From Kineococcus radiotolerans SRS30216 = ATCC BAA-149 (GTDB lineage Bacteria > Actinomycetota > Actinomycetes > Actinomycetales > Kineococcaceae): a stretch of 32,000 nt of DNA. The position numbers and the translations under genes are program-made. Under the pieces are notes generated by a model. The model saw nothing but the letters and a program-made list of their open reading frames with translations, was not told the DNA's origin and ran no database searches. Shown piece by piece: positions 18,707 to 26,610 of the stretch (position 1 is the first letter of the stretch; every line of letters begins with the position of its first letter). The stretch spans positions 2,370,001 to 2,402,000 of the forward strand of contig NC_009664.2 of the NCBI RefSeq assembly GCF_000017305.1. Reading direction: 5' to 3'.

Positions 18707-19725
18707 CGGGCCACCCCGGCCGCCTCGGCCAGCACGCGGCGCACCTGCTCCACGGTCTCCGCCAGCGTCGGCCCGGCCGGGCCGTCCAGCCACGTCCGGG
18801 CGGGGTCCTCCCACGCCGCGCGCAGCGCCGGGGCCAGCTCGTCGTAGACCTCCACGCAGCCCGGCGCGCGCTCCAGCAGCTCCGCCACGTAGTCGCTGCG
18901 CGGCACCAGCGGCCGCCGGCCCGCCCCGATCCACGCGTTGATGGACCCCGAGGCGGACAGGTGCGCGTGCGGGGCGACGGGCAGCAGCGGCGAGCGCAGC
19001 AGCCCGGGCAGGTCCGCGTCGGGCACCCACCCCGTCACGCGGAACGCCCGGCCCCGCTCGCGCGCGCGCCGCACCAGGTCGTCCACGAGGTCCTCGTGGC
19101 CGTCGGAGGGGCGGCCCAGGGCCGTCACCCCGACGGGGGCGGGCAGGACGTCGAGGGCGTCGAGCACCTGCTCGTGGCCCTTGCCGGGGTAGAGGAAGCC
19201 CAGGACCGCGACCTCGCGCAGCGCGGCTGCCGGGTCGGCCGGGCCGGTGGGCGGGAACGCCGGGACGGGCAGCGGCACGACGTCGCAGCGCACGTCCACC
19301 CCGCACGCCGCGAGCAGCCGCTCCTCGTGCCGGCTGGCGACGACGACCCGGGCCGCGGCCCGCGCCACCCGCGCGTACGCCGCGGCCCGGCGGGGGTGGT
19401 TCACCGGCCCGTCGCTGGGCTGGGGCAGGTCGTGCAGGACCACCACGAGGGGACGGGCCGGACCCGCCCCGCCGGCGAGCGCGACGACGACGTCGGCGGC
19501 CTCGTCGGCGTCCGCCCCGAAGAGCCGGTCGGTGACGTGGACGAGCAGCGGGCCGGGCGGCAGCGCCGCCAGCTCGGCCAGGACGCCGGCCGCGGCGGGG
19601 CGGGTGCCCCGGCGCACCAGCGTCGCGCCGGGGTCGGTGCGCAGCAGCTCCCACTGGGCCAGCGCGGTCGCGGTCACCCCGTGCTCGGCCGGTCCCACGA
19701 CGAGGGCGGTGAACGGGGCGCTCAC
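18703..19725 (-). CDS. GT-B fold glycosyltransferase-like protein (divergent, no EX7E motif)
   Basis: 340 aa, two-lobed Rossmann-like pattern. VVVLHDLPQP, VLGFLYPGKGHEQ and a C-terminal LSASGSINAWIGAGRRPLV sit where GT4 enzymes carry EX7E. GTGA overlaps occur at both ends (19722-19725 and 18703-18706). Confidence 0.65.
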   Translation of the reverse strand: MSAPFTALVVGPAEHGVTATALAQWELLRTDPGATLVRRGTRPAAAGVLAELAALPPGPLLVHVTDRLFGADADEAADVVVALAGGAGPARPLVVVLHDLPQPSDGPVNHPRRAAAYARVARAAARVVVASRHEERLLAACGVDVRCDVVPLPVPAFPPTGPADPAAALREVAVLGFLYPGKGHEQVLDALDVLPAPVGVTALGRPSDGHEDLVDDLVRRARERGRAFRVTGWVPDADLPGLLRSPLLPVAPHAHLSASGSINAWIGAGRRPLVPRSDYVAELLERAPGCVEVYDELAPALRAAWEDPARTWLDGPAGPTLAETVEQVRRVLAEAAGVAR

Positions 19726-20633
19726 GCGAGCAGCGCCGCGGCCTCGGCGTGGCGGGCCAGCCCGGCCTCGGCGACCCCCGGGTGGGCGCGGTACCAGTCC
19801 AGGTGGGCCGCGCGGACCTCCTCGTCGGCCACCTCCCGGCCCGCCACGACCCACGCGGGCGCGCCGCCACCGCCGTCGGGACCCTCCAGGCCGAGGGCGG
19901 CCAGCACCTGCGGCAGGACGGGGGCGTGGACGCTGTCCAGCAGGGTCCGCTGCGGCTCGGCCACCTCCCCGGGCAGCCCGGCCGCCTCCAGGACCCGGCG
20001 CGCCAGCCCCACCAGCACGGGGTTGCCGGGGTGGTTGACGACGTGCGCGGCCCCGGCGCCGGCGGCCAGCAGCAGGTCGACGACCTCGAGCGCGCCGTGG
20101 CGGCGGCAGCGCTCGGTCAGCTCCCGCACCGACAGGTCCCGCACCGCCCGCACGGCGTCGGCGGCGGGCACCTCCGGCAGCGGGGCGCGGCCCGCGGCCA
20201 GGGTCAGCGTCCGCAGGTCGTGGTACGGCACGACCGGCGGTTCACCGGCCGCGGGGGAGCGGACGATGACCTGGAAGGGGAACAGCGCCGCCCACCGCAC
20301 GACCGGCACCACGACCGGGCGCGGGGCGCGCGCCGCGCGCGCCAGCAGCTGCGCGGTGCCCAGCGGCAGGTCGCGGTAGTCCGCGCGCACGGGCTGGGAG
20401 ACGAGGACGTCGACGTGGGCCAGCAGCCGGTCCAGGTGGGGCAGGTCGCCGGCCTCCAGCTCGTGCACCGGCGGGATCCGCACCGTCCGCACGGGTGATC
20501 CGTCCCGGCCCAGCAGGACCCGCAGCGACTCCGCCTGGCAGTTGCCGTGCACGAGCACCAGCGGGCGCCCGTCGTCCTCGGGCACCGGGTCCAGCCCGTA
20601 GAAGGTCCCGTAGTGCCGCGTGCGTCCGTCCAC
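19722..20633 (-). CDS. WcbI-like polysaccharide-modification protein (putative acyl/acetyltransferase), function unproven
   Basis: An N-terminal LVLVHGNCQAESLR (hhhhGNCQ) motif and a size of about 300 aa, as I recall for the WcbI family. The start is uncertain: GTG 20633 or 20666, or ATG 20714. The ATG extension has several A/T-ending codons. Confidence 0.55.
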   Translation of the reverse strand: MDGRTRHYGTFYGLDPVPEDDGRPLVLVHGNCQAESLRVLLGRDGSPVRTVRIPPVHELEAGDLPHLDRLLAHVDVLVSQPVRADYRDLPLGTAQLLARAARAPRPVVVPVVRWAALFPFQVIVRSPAAGEPPVVPYHDLRTLTLAAGRAPLPEVPAADAVRAVRDLSVRELTERCRRHGALEVVDLLLAAGAGAAHVVNHPGNPVLVGLARRVLEAAGLPGEVAEPQRTLLDSVHAPVLPQVLAALGLEGPDGGGGAPAWVVAGREVADEEVRAAHLDWYRAHPGVAEAGLARHAEAAALLA

Positions 20634-20810
20634 GCGCTGACAGTAGCCAGGGAGCGCGCCCGGCACCCGGACGCGCGGGCACGTTGGGCAGAGGGGGCCC
20701 TCTCGTGCTTGCATCTCGGCGTGCTCGACAGTGAAACCGCTCCGCCCGGCACCCGGCGGCAGCGTGCCCGGTTGCGGGCGGACCCCGCGGAGCGCCGCGC
20801 CGCCGACCGG

Positions 20811-21908
20811 TTGAGGGTCGCCGTCCTCGGCCCCTCCCGGTACCCGGTGGCCGAGCCCTACGCCGGCGGGCTGGAGTCGTTCGTGGGCAACCTCGTCGCC
20901 GGGCTGCGCGCCCGCGGGCACCGGGTGCTGCTGTTCGCCGCGGCCGGCTCCCCCGGGGCCCAGCCGGAGGCGCTCTCCGGCGGGGGGTGGCGCCCGGACG
21001 AGCTCGCCCGCGCCGACGCCTCGATGCCCGCCGAGGCCTTCATGGTCGAGCACCACTCCCACCTCGACGTGCTCACCGCGCTGCGCACCACCTACGCCGG
21101 CGAGGTCGACGTGGTGCACAACCACTCCCTGCACTACCTGCCGCTGTCGCTGGCCGACACGCTGCCCGTCCCCGTCGTGACGACCCTGCACACCCCGCCC
21201 ACGCCGTGGCTGACCTCGGCGCTGGCCGCGGGCGGGGGGTCCGGCGCCTTCACCGCGGTCAGCAGCTTCACGGCCCGGCAGTGGGCGCCGTGGGTGCCGC
21301 ACGCCCAGGTCGTCCTCAACGGCGTCGAGCCCCGCCGCTGGCCGCTGGGACCGGGCGGGCGCGGCCTGCTCTGGTTCGGGCGGATCGTGCCGGAGAAGGC
21401 CCCCCACCTCGCGCTGCGGGCCGCCGCCCGCGCCGGGCACCACCTCGACGTGGTGGGCCCGGTGGGCGACGAGGAGTACTTCGCGGCCCAGGTCGCGCCG
21501 CGGCTGGGGGCGGGGGCGACCTACCGCGGCCACCTCGGCGGCGACGACCTGGCCCGGGTGGTGGGACGGGCGTCGGCGGTGCTCATGACGCCGTCCTGGG
21601 ACGAGCCGTTCGGCCTCGTCGCCGCCGAGGCGGCGATGTCGGGCACGCCCGTGGTGGCCTTCGACCGCGGCGGGGTCTCGGAGGTCCTGCGTCCCCACGT
21701 GCTGCCCGCGATGGGCGCGGTCGTGCCCGCCGACGACGTCGAGGCCATGGCCGGCGCCGTGGAGGACGTCCTGGCCCTGGACCGGCGCGACGTGCGGCGC
21801 GCGGCGCTCGCGCACCTGTCCTTCGAGCGCGCCGTCAGCGCCTACGAGTCGATCCTGCGCTCGGTCGCGGCCCGCACCGCGGTCCAGCTCGACGTCGCCG
21901 CGTCGTAG
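20811..21908 (+). CDS. Family 4 (GT-B, retaining type) glycosyltransferase
   Basis: RVAVLGPSRYP...GGLESFV N-terminus and the canonical EX7E motif EPFGLVAAEAAMSGTPVV. A TTG 20811 start gives the typical M-R-V-A-V-L N-terminus; GTG 20721 is the alternative. Confidence 0.85.
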   Translation: MRVAVLGPSRYPVAEPYAGGLESFVGNLVAGLRARGHRVLLFAAAGSPGAQPEALSGGGWRPDELARADASMPAEAFMVEHHSHLDVLTALRTTYAGEVDVVHNHSLHYLPLSLADTLPVPVVTTLHTPPTPWLTSALAAGGGSGAFTAVSSFTARQWAPWVPHAQVVLNGVEPRRWPLGPGGRGLLWFGRIVPEKAPHLALRAAARAGHHLDVVGPVGDEEYFAAQVAPRLGAGATYRGHLGGDDLARVVGRASAVLMTPSWDEPFGLVAAEAAMSGTPVVAFDRGGVSEVLRPHVLPAMGAVVPADDVEAMAGAVEDVLALDRRDVRRAALAHLSFERAVSAYESILRSVAARTAVQLDVAAS

Positions 21909-22747
21909 TCGACCAGCCCCAGCTCCCGGAACCGCTCCAGCCAGCCGCCCATGGGGTGCCACCCCCAGCGCCGCTGGAACACCGCGACGTTGCGCAGGAT
22001 CGCGTCGAGGTGCTGCACGGGCGGGTCCTGGGTGGGGTGGTGCTGGTGGAAGGCGTCGGCGCCGCCGACCCAGTGCAGGCTCCCGCCGAGGGAGCGGACC
22101 GTCGCCGCGACGTCGGTGTCCTCCCCGCCGTAGCCGCGGTACTCCTCGGAGAACCCCCCGAAGCGCTGCCAGTCGCGCGCGGTGGTGGCGAAGGACAGCG
22201 ACCAGAACAGCCACCACTGCGACTCCTCCGCGCGCCGCACCTCCCCCGGCGCGGGGGCCGGGCGGGCGCGGTGGGGGCGGGTGAGGCCCGGCAGCCGGTC
22301 GAGGTCCTCCGCCGTGCGGACGAGGACCCCCTCGGGCAGGTAGGTCACCGCCCCGCACAGCAGCGCCGGGCCGGGGGCGCCGGGGTCGGCGGCCACGGCG
22401 CGGGCGGCGCGCTCGTAGGCGCCCAGCAGGCCCGGGGAGGGGACGCAGTCGACGTCGAGGAGCACGAGCAGCTCCGCGCCGCGCTCGACCGCGGCGGCGG
22501 CGGCCGCGTTGCGGGCCCGGGCCAGCGGCAGCTCCCCGTCCGCGCCGACGGGGACGTCGACGAGGACGGTCTCCGTGGGCCCGGGCCCGGCGTGCTCGGC
22601 GACCACGTCGCGCACCGCCGGGTCGCCCATCGCGGCGACGACGTGCCAGCGCGGCACGGACGCGCTGCGCTGCAACCCGAGCAGCTGCCCGCGCAGGTGG
22701 TCGTGGCGGCCGTGGACGATGGTCAGCACCGCGGTCCGCCCCGTCAC
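21842..22747 (-). CDS. GT-A fold glycosyltransferase (family 2 / galactosyltransferase-like)
   Basis: AVLTIVHGRHDHL, LLDVDCVP (DXD) and GYGGEDTD. The GTG start overlaps the upstream stop (GTGA at 22744-22747). Confidence 0.75.
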   Translation of the reverse strand: MTGRTAVLTIVHGRHDHLRGQLLGLQRSASVPRWHVVAAMGDPAVRDVVAEHAGPGPTETVLVDVPVGADGELPLARARNAAAAAAVERGAELLVLLDVDCVPSPGLLGAYERAARAVAADPGAPGPALLCGAVTYLPEGVLVRTAEDLDRLPGLTRPHRARPAPAPGEVRRAEESQWWLFWSLSFATTARDWQRFGGFSEEYRGYGGEDTDVAATVRSLGGSLHWVGGADAFHQHHPTQDPPVQHLDAILRNVAVFQRRWGWHPMGGWLERFRELGLVDYDAATSSWTAVRAATERRIDS

Positions 22748-23718
22748 CGCTGCTCCCGCGCGAGGTCGTCGAGGAACCGCGCGGCGCGCTGCGCGCCGTC
22801 GCCGGGGGCCCAGCGCGCCCACGGCCCGGCGCCCACGGCCCGGGCCCGCTCCAGCAGCCCGGGCCAGTCCGCGGCCGCCGGCCACGCGTCCAGCGCCACC
22901 AGACCCTCGGCGCGCAGCAGGTCCGCGCGCCGGCGCTGCTCGTCGAAGGGGCGTTCCTGGGCGACGACGACGGCGGGGCGCCGGGCGGCGGCGACCTCGG
23001 CGACGGCGTTGTGGCCGCCGTGCACGACGACGACCTCGGCCCGCTGCAGGGCGTCCCACACGTCGCCGCCGGTGGAGAGCGGCGACCCGGGGACCAGGTA
23101 CTCCCACGTCCAGCCCGGGGTCGCGTCCCGCGCGGCCCGGAACGCCTCCTCGCCCACGTCGCGGCCCCCGCTGCCCCACAGCACCAGCACCGACCCGGGC
23201 CGGACGCGGTCGGGGCGGGTGGGCCGGCCGTCGAAGCGGGAGAACGCCCCCACGTGGACGACCTTCGAGGGGGCGGACCCGGCGGGGGCGGGCCAGGGGG
23301 CGAGCAGCGCCTGCGCCACGTCGCGGCCCAGCCGGTGCGGGGCGTCGTGGCGGTCCCCGAGCATGGCGGCCACGACGACGGGCACCCCGCACAGCCGCGC
23401 CAGCAGGGTCACCTCCACCGAGACGTCGGCGACCAGCAGCCGCGGGCGCGCGGCCTCGATCCAGCCGGCGATCGCGGCCGAGCGCGCGCGCAGGCCGGCG
23501 TGGTGCAGCGGGACCCAGTGCAGCCGGCCCCCGGCCTCGGCGGAGGCGCGGTCCACCGGCGGGGTGTCGTCGGGGGCCAGCTCGACCCAGCCGCCGGTCC
23601 AGTCGGCGGGGCGGGGGGCGGAGCTGAGCGCGGTGACGGGGGTGCGCAGGTGGGCGGCGACGGCGGTGAGGCGCTGGCGGTGCCCGGCGCCCTGGTGGTG
23701 CACGTACCAGCCGATCAC
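22744..23718 (-). CDS. MurG/GT28-like (Glyco_trans_1_3-type) GT-B glycosyltransferase
   Basis: N-terminal YVHHQGAGHRQR (GxGH loop) and C-terminal VVVHGGHNAVAEVAAARRPAVVV..RPFDEQ. It occupies only the last 324 codons of the 1278-aa track ORF. GTGA overlaps at both ends. Confidence 0.75.
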   Translation of the reverse strand: MIGWYVHHQGAGHRQRLTAVAAHLRTPVTALSSAPRPADWTGGWVELAPDDTPPVDRASAEAGGRLHWVPLHHAGLRARSAAIAGWIEAARPRLLVADVSVEVTLLARLCGVPVVVAAMLGDRHDAPHRLGRDVAQALLAPWPAPAGSAPSKVVHVGAFSRFDGRPTRPDRVRPGSVLVLWGSGGRDVGEEAFRAARDATPGWTWEYLVPGSPLSTGGDVWDALQRAEVVVVHGGHNAVAEVAAARRPAVVVAQERPFDEQRRRADLLRAEGLVALDAWPAAADWPGLLERARAVGAGPWARWAPGDGAQRAARFLDDLAREQR

Positions 23719-24755
23719 GCGCCGCCTCCCGCGATCCGGCGGTAGAGGTCGCGGTGGGCCTCCGCGACGCGCAGGCGTTCCGCGGCGCGCTCCTCGCGGG
23801 TCGCCGCGGCTCCCTCGAACCCCGCGAGCGCCCGGCGCAGGCCCGCCACGACGTCGTCCTCGTCGTCGAGGTCCACCTGGACCAGGGCCCGCTGCTGGTG
23901 CAGGTGGCCGGTGCGGGCGGCCAGCACGGGCACCCCCAGGTCGTGGCACAGCTCCAGCCAGCCGGAGTGGGTGCCGTGGCCGTAGGCGAGCACGGAGACG
24001 TCCAGCTCGCGCAGGTAGGCGATCAGCTCGTCGTCGTCGAAGCGGTCGTGCACGCGCACGTCGACGCGCCCCTGCGCCGCGCGCAGCCACCGGAGCAGGT
24101 CGGGGTCGTGGCGGACGAAGCCGTCGGCCAGGGCCTCGGCGTGCACGTCGACGCGCAACCGGGTGCCGGGCAGGCGGTCCACGGCGGCGGTGAGGGTGCG
24201 CAGCGCGGGCAGCGCCCGCAGGTTGGCCCGCAGGCTCTTCAGGTGCAGGCCGACGACGGCCTCCTCGCGCCGCGGCCGGGGCACCCCGATCTCGGCGGGC
24301 GGGGCCAGGTGCGGGTGCGCGACGACGACCGGGCGCCGCCCCCAGCGGCGCTCCACCTCGTCGGCGGCGCCGGGGGTGAGGGTGACCAGCGCGTCGACCC
24401 CCGGCACGAGGACGTCCAGCAGCGCCTCGTGGGGCCGCTGGTCGTCCAGGTGGGGGTTCTGCAGGTCGTGGACGGTCAGCACCGGTGCGCGCCCGGTGCG
24501 CCGCAGCGCCGCCAGCCACTCCCGCAGCTGGTCGGGGGTGCGGGACTCGAACCCGAAGTGCAGGTGCAGGACGTCGAAGGCCGCCGCGTTCGCCTCGACC
24601 CAGGCCGCGTCCAGCGCCGGGGAGGGCGCCCACCCCGGGGTCGCGGCGCGCGGTTCGGGGACGACGAGGACCTCCGGGACCCGTTCGTCCTGGATGTTCG
24701 CCACGTACCCGTGCCCGCCGGGCACGTGCAGCACGCGGACCCGTCCCTCGTCCAA
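23715..24755 (-). CDS. GT-B fold glycosyltransferase-like protein (divergent, first E of EX7E absent)
   Basis: RVLHVPGGHGY, LHLHFGFE, LTVHDLQNPH and YGHGTHSGWLELCHDLGVPVL. TTG 24755 has GAGGAG 7 nt upstream; GTG 24734 is the alternative. Confidence 0.65.
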   Translation of the reverse strand: MDEGRVRVLHVPGGHGYVANIQDERVPEVLVVPEPRAATPGWAPSPALDAAWVEANAAAFDVLHLHFGFESRTPDQLREWLAALRRTGRAPVLTVHDLQNPHLDDQRPHEALLDVLVPGVDALVTLTPGAADEVERRWGRRPVVVAHPHLAPPAEIGVPRPRREEAVVGLHLKSLRANLRALPALRTLTAAVDRLPGTRLRVDVHAEALADGFVRHDPDLLRWLRAAQGRVDVRVHDRFDDDELIAYLRELDVSVLAYGHGTHSGWLELCHDLGVPVLAARTGHLHQQRALVQVDLDDEDDVVAGLRRALAGFEGAAATREERAAERLRVAEAHRDLYRRIAGGGA

Positions 24756-24777
24756 GCCGTCGCTCCTCAGACCCGTC

Positions 24778-24794
24778 CCGTCGACGCTCGACGG
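24778..24794. promoter_or_regulatory. CCGTCGA-cgc-TCGACGG palindrome in the GT-operon/HAD divergent region
   Basis: Perfect 7-bp arms read directly. At this GC content several such repeats are expected by chance in the intergenic DNA of the window, so it is only a positional candidate. Confidence 0.2.
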
Positions 24795-24873
24795 CTGACG
24801 GACTCTGCCACAACCGCGCCCCGCCGGCCCGGGGCCGACGGTCCCCGTCGCCGCGGTGCGGGAGGATCCGGGG

Positions 24874-25794
24874 GTGCAGCTGACGCCCGACGCCCCGCCC
24901 TTCGGCCTCCTCCTCGACGTCGACGGGCCGATCGCCAGCCCCGTGACGCGCTCCATCAGCGCCCCGGGGCTGCTGGACAGCCTCCTGGAGCTGCTGGCCG
25001 CGGGGATCCCGGTCGTCTTCAACACCGGCCGCTCCGACGCGTTCCTGCGCGAGCAGGTCGTGGGCCCGGTCCTGGCCGCCGGGCTCCCGGCGGCCGCGCG
25101 GCTGCACGCGGTGTGCGAGAAGGGCGCGGTGACGTTCAGCGTCACCGCCACCGGCGTCGGCCCGATCGCGGTGGACGAGACCGTCGCGGTGCCCGCCGTC
25201 GCGGCGCGGCGGCTGGAGGCGCTGGCCCGCGAGCACTACGGCGACGTCCTCTTCGTCGACGCCGGCAAGCGCGCGATGGTCTCCCTGGAGCAGCGCCTCG
25301 ACGTGGATTCCGCGACCTACCTGGCCCGCCAGCCGGAGTTCGAGGCGGCCGCGCTGGCCGTGTTCGCCGACCTCGGCCTCGGCGTCACGTGGAAGGGCGT
25401 GGACCACCCCGACCCCGCCGGGGCGGTGGACTGGCGCATCGACCCGACGATCATCTCCACCGACGTGGAGTCGGTGCTGCTGGGCAAGGACCGCGGGGCG
25501 GAGACGGCGCTGCGGCTGCTGGCCGCGGACGGCCCGCTGCCCACGGCCTGGCGCACGGTGGGCGACTCCCGCACCGACTACGCGATGGCCGAGTGGCTGC
25601 ACGCGCAGGGCCACGTCGTCGCCCACGTCGACGTCCGCCCCGCCGACGGCGTCCCCGTCACCGCCTACCCGGTGCTGGAACCCCGGCACACCGTCAACGA
25701 CCTCGCCGGGGCGGCGTGGCTGGCGCGGCTGCTGGCCGTGGTGCGCGGCGAGGCCGCCGACGACGCCGACTTCGACGCCCACCTCGTCGCCTAG
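24874..25794 (+). CDS. HAD-IIB subfamily phosphatase
   Basis: HAD motifs LLLDVDGPI (I), FNTGRS (II), LLGKDRG (III Lys) and GDSRTDYAM (IV), with a large cap between II and III. GGGAGGA lies 7 nt upstream of GTG 24874; GTG 24856 is the alternative. Confidence 0.8.
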   Translation: MQLTPDAPPFGLLLDVDGPIASPVTRSISAPGLLDSLLELLAAGIPVVFNTGRSDAFLREQVVGPVLAAGLPAAARLHAVCEKGAVTFSVTATGVGPIAVDETVAVPAVAARRLEALAREHYGDVLFVDAGKRAMVSLEQRLDVDSATYLARQPEFEAAALAVFADLGLGVTWKGVDHPDPAGAVDWRIDPTIISTDVESVLLGKDRGAETALRLLAADGPLPTAWRTVGDSRTDYAMAEWLHAQGHVVAHVDVRPADGVPVTAYPVLEPRHTVNDLAGAAWLARLLAVVRGEAADDADFDAHLVA

Positions 25795-25803
25795 GCTCCT
25801 CCC

Positions 25804-26610
25804 GTGGCTGAGCAGCGGATCGACACCCAGTACGAGGACCTGCTGCGGCACGTCCTCGCCACCGGCACCCCCAAGTCCGACCGCACCGGCACGGGCACCC
25901 GCAGCGTCTTCGGCCACCAGCTGCGCTACGACCTGTCCGCGGGGTTCCCGCTGGTCACGACCAAGCGCGTGCACTTCAAGTCGATCGCGCTGGAGCTGCT
26001 GTGGTTCCTGCGCGGGGACGGCAACGTCCGCTGGCTGCAGGAACGCGGGGTCACCATCTGGGACGAGTGGGCCGACGAGAACGGCGACCTCGGTCCCGTC
26101 TACGGCGTGCAGTGGCGTTCCTGGCCGACGCCCGACGGCCGCCACGTGGACCAGATCGCCCAGGTCCTGCACACCCTGCGCACGGACCCGGACTCCCGGC
26201 GGATGGTCGTCTCGGCGTGGAACGTCGCCGAGCTGGACAGGATGGCGCTGGCCCCCTGCCACGCGTTCTTCCAGTTCCACGTGGCCGACGGGAAGCTGTC
26301 CTGCCAGCTCTACCAGCGCTCCGCGGACCTCTTCCTCGGGGTGCCGTTCAACATCGCCAGCTACGCGCTGCTGACGCACCTGGTGGCGGCCGAGGTCGGT
26401 CTCGAGGTCGGCGACTTCGTCTGGACCGGCGGCGACGTCCACGTCTACGACAACCACGTCGAGCAGGTGACCGAGCAGCTCACCCGCACCCCGTACCCGT
26501 TCCCGCGCCTCGCGGTCCGCCCGGCGGGGCTGTTCGAGCACGAGTACGAGGACTTCGAGGTCCTCGACTACCGCCACCACCCCGCGATCAAGGCGCCCGT
26601 GGCGGTCTGA
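25804..26610 (+). CDS. thyA: Thymidylate synthase (ThyA type)
   Basis: [12 protein letters not shown], the catalytic [12 protein letters not shown], and [22 protein letters not shown]. Confidence 0.96.
   Translation: MAEQRIDTQYEDLLRHVLATGTPKSDRTGTGTRSVFGHQLRYDLSAGFPLVTTKRVHFKSIALELLWFLRGDGNVRWLQERGVTIWDEWADENGDLGPVYGVQWRSWPTPDGRHVDQIAQVLHTLRTDPDSRRMVVSAWNVAELDRMALAPCHAFFQFHVADGKLSCQLYQRSADLFLGVPFNIASYALLTHLVAAEVGLEVGDFVWTGGDVHVYDNHVEQVTEQLTRTPYPFPRLAVRPAGLFEHEYEDFEVLDYRHHPAIKAPVAV

Noticed and set aside
20634-20810. Promoter calls and the AGAGGG-gg-CCCTCT element in the least GC-rich stretch of the GT island
   Set aside because: I could not find convincing -35/-10 hexamers at proper spacing for either divergent gene, and the loop is too small for a hairpin. 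The uncertainty in both start codons makes any assignment unreliable.
20987-24193. 1068-aa plus-strand ORF, plus similar giants (22744..26580 upstream part, 14910..17423, 12675..14867, 10607..12223, 19722..22358 upstream part, 17447..19870 upstream part)
   Set aside because: Their translations are Arg/Pro/Gly-rich with no motifs. Each overlaps genes with strong family signatures in another frame or strand, and the real genes begin internally at SD- or GTGA-coupled starts.
16551-24873. GT island as a recent horizontally acquired or mobile element
   Set aside because: Relative to the flanks there is no visible change in GC content or codon style. There are no flanking direct repeats, integrase, transposase or tRNA gene, and the sequences at the two borders only share generic GC-rich strings.
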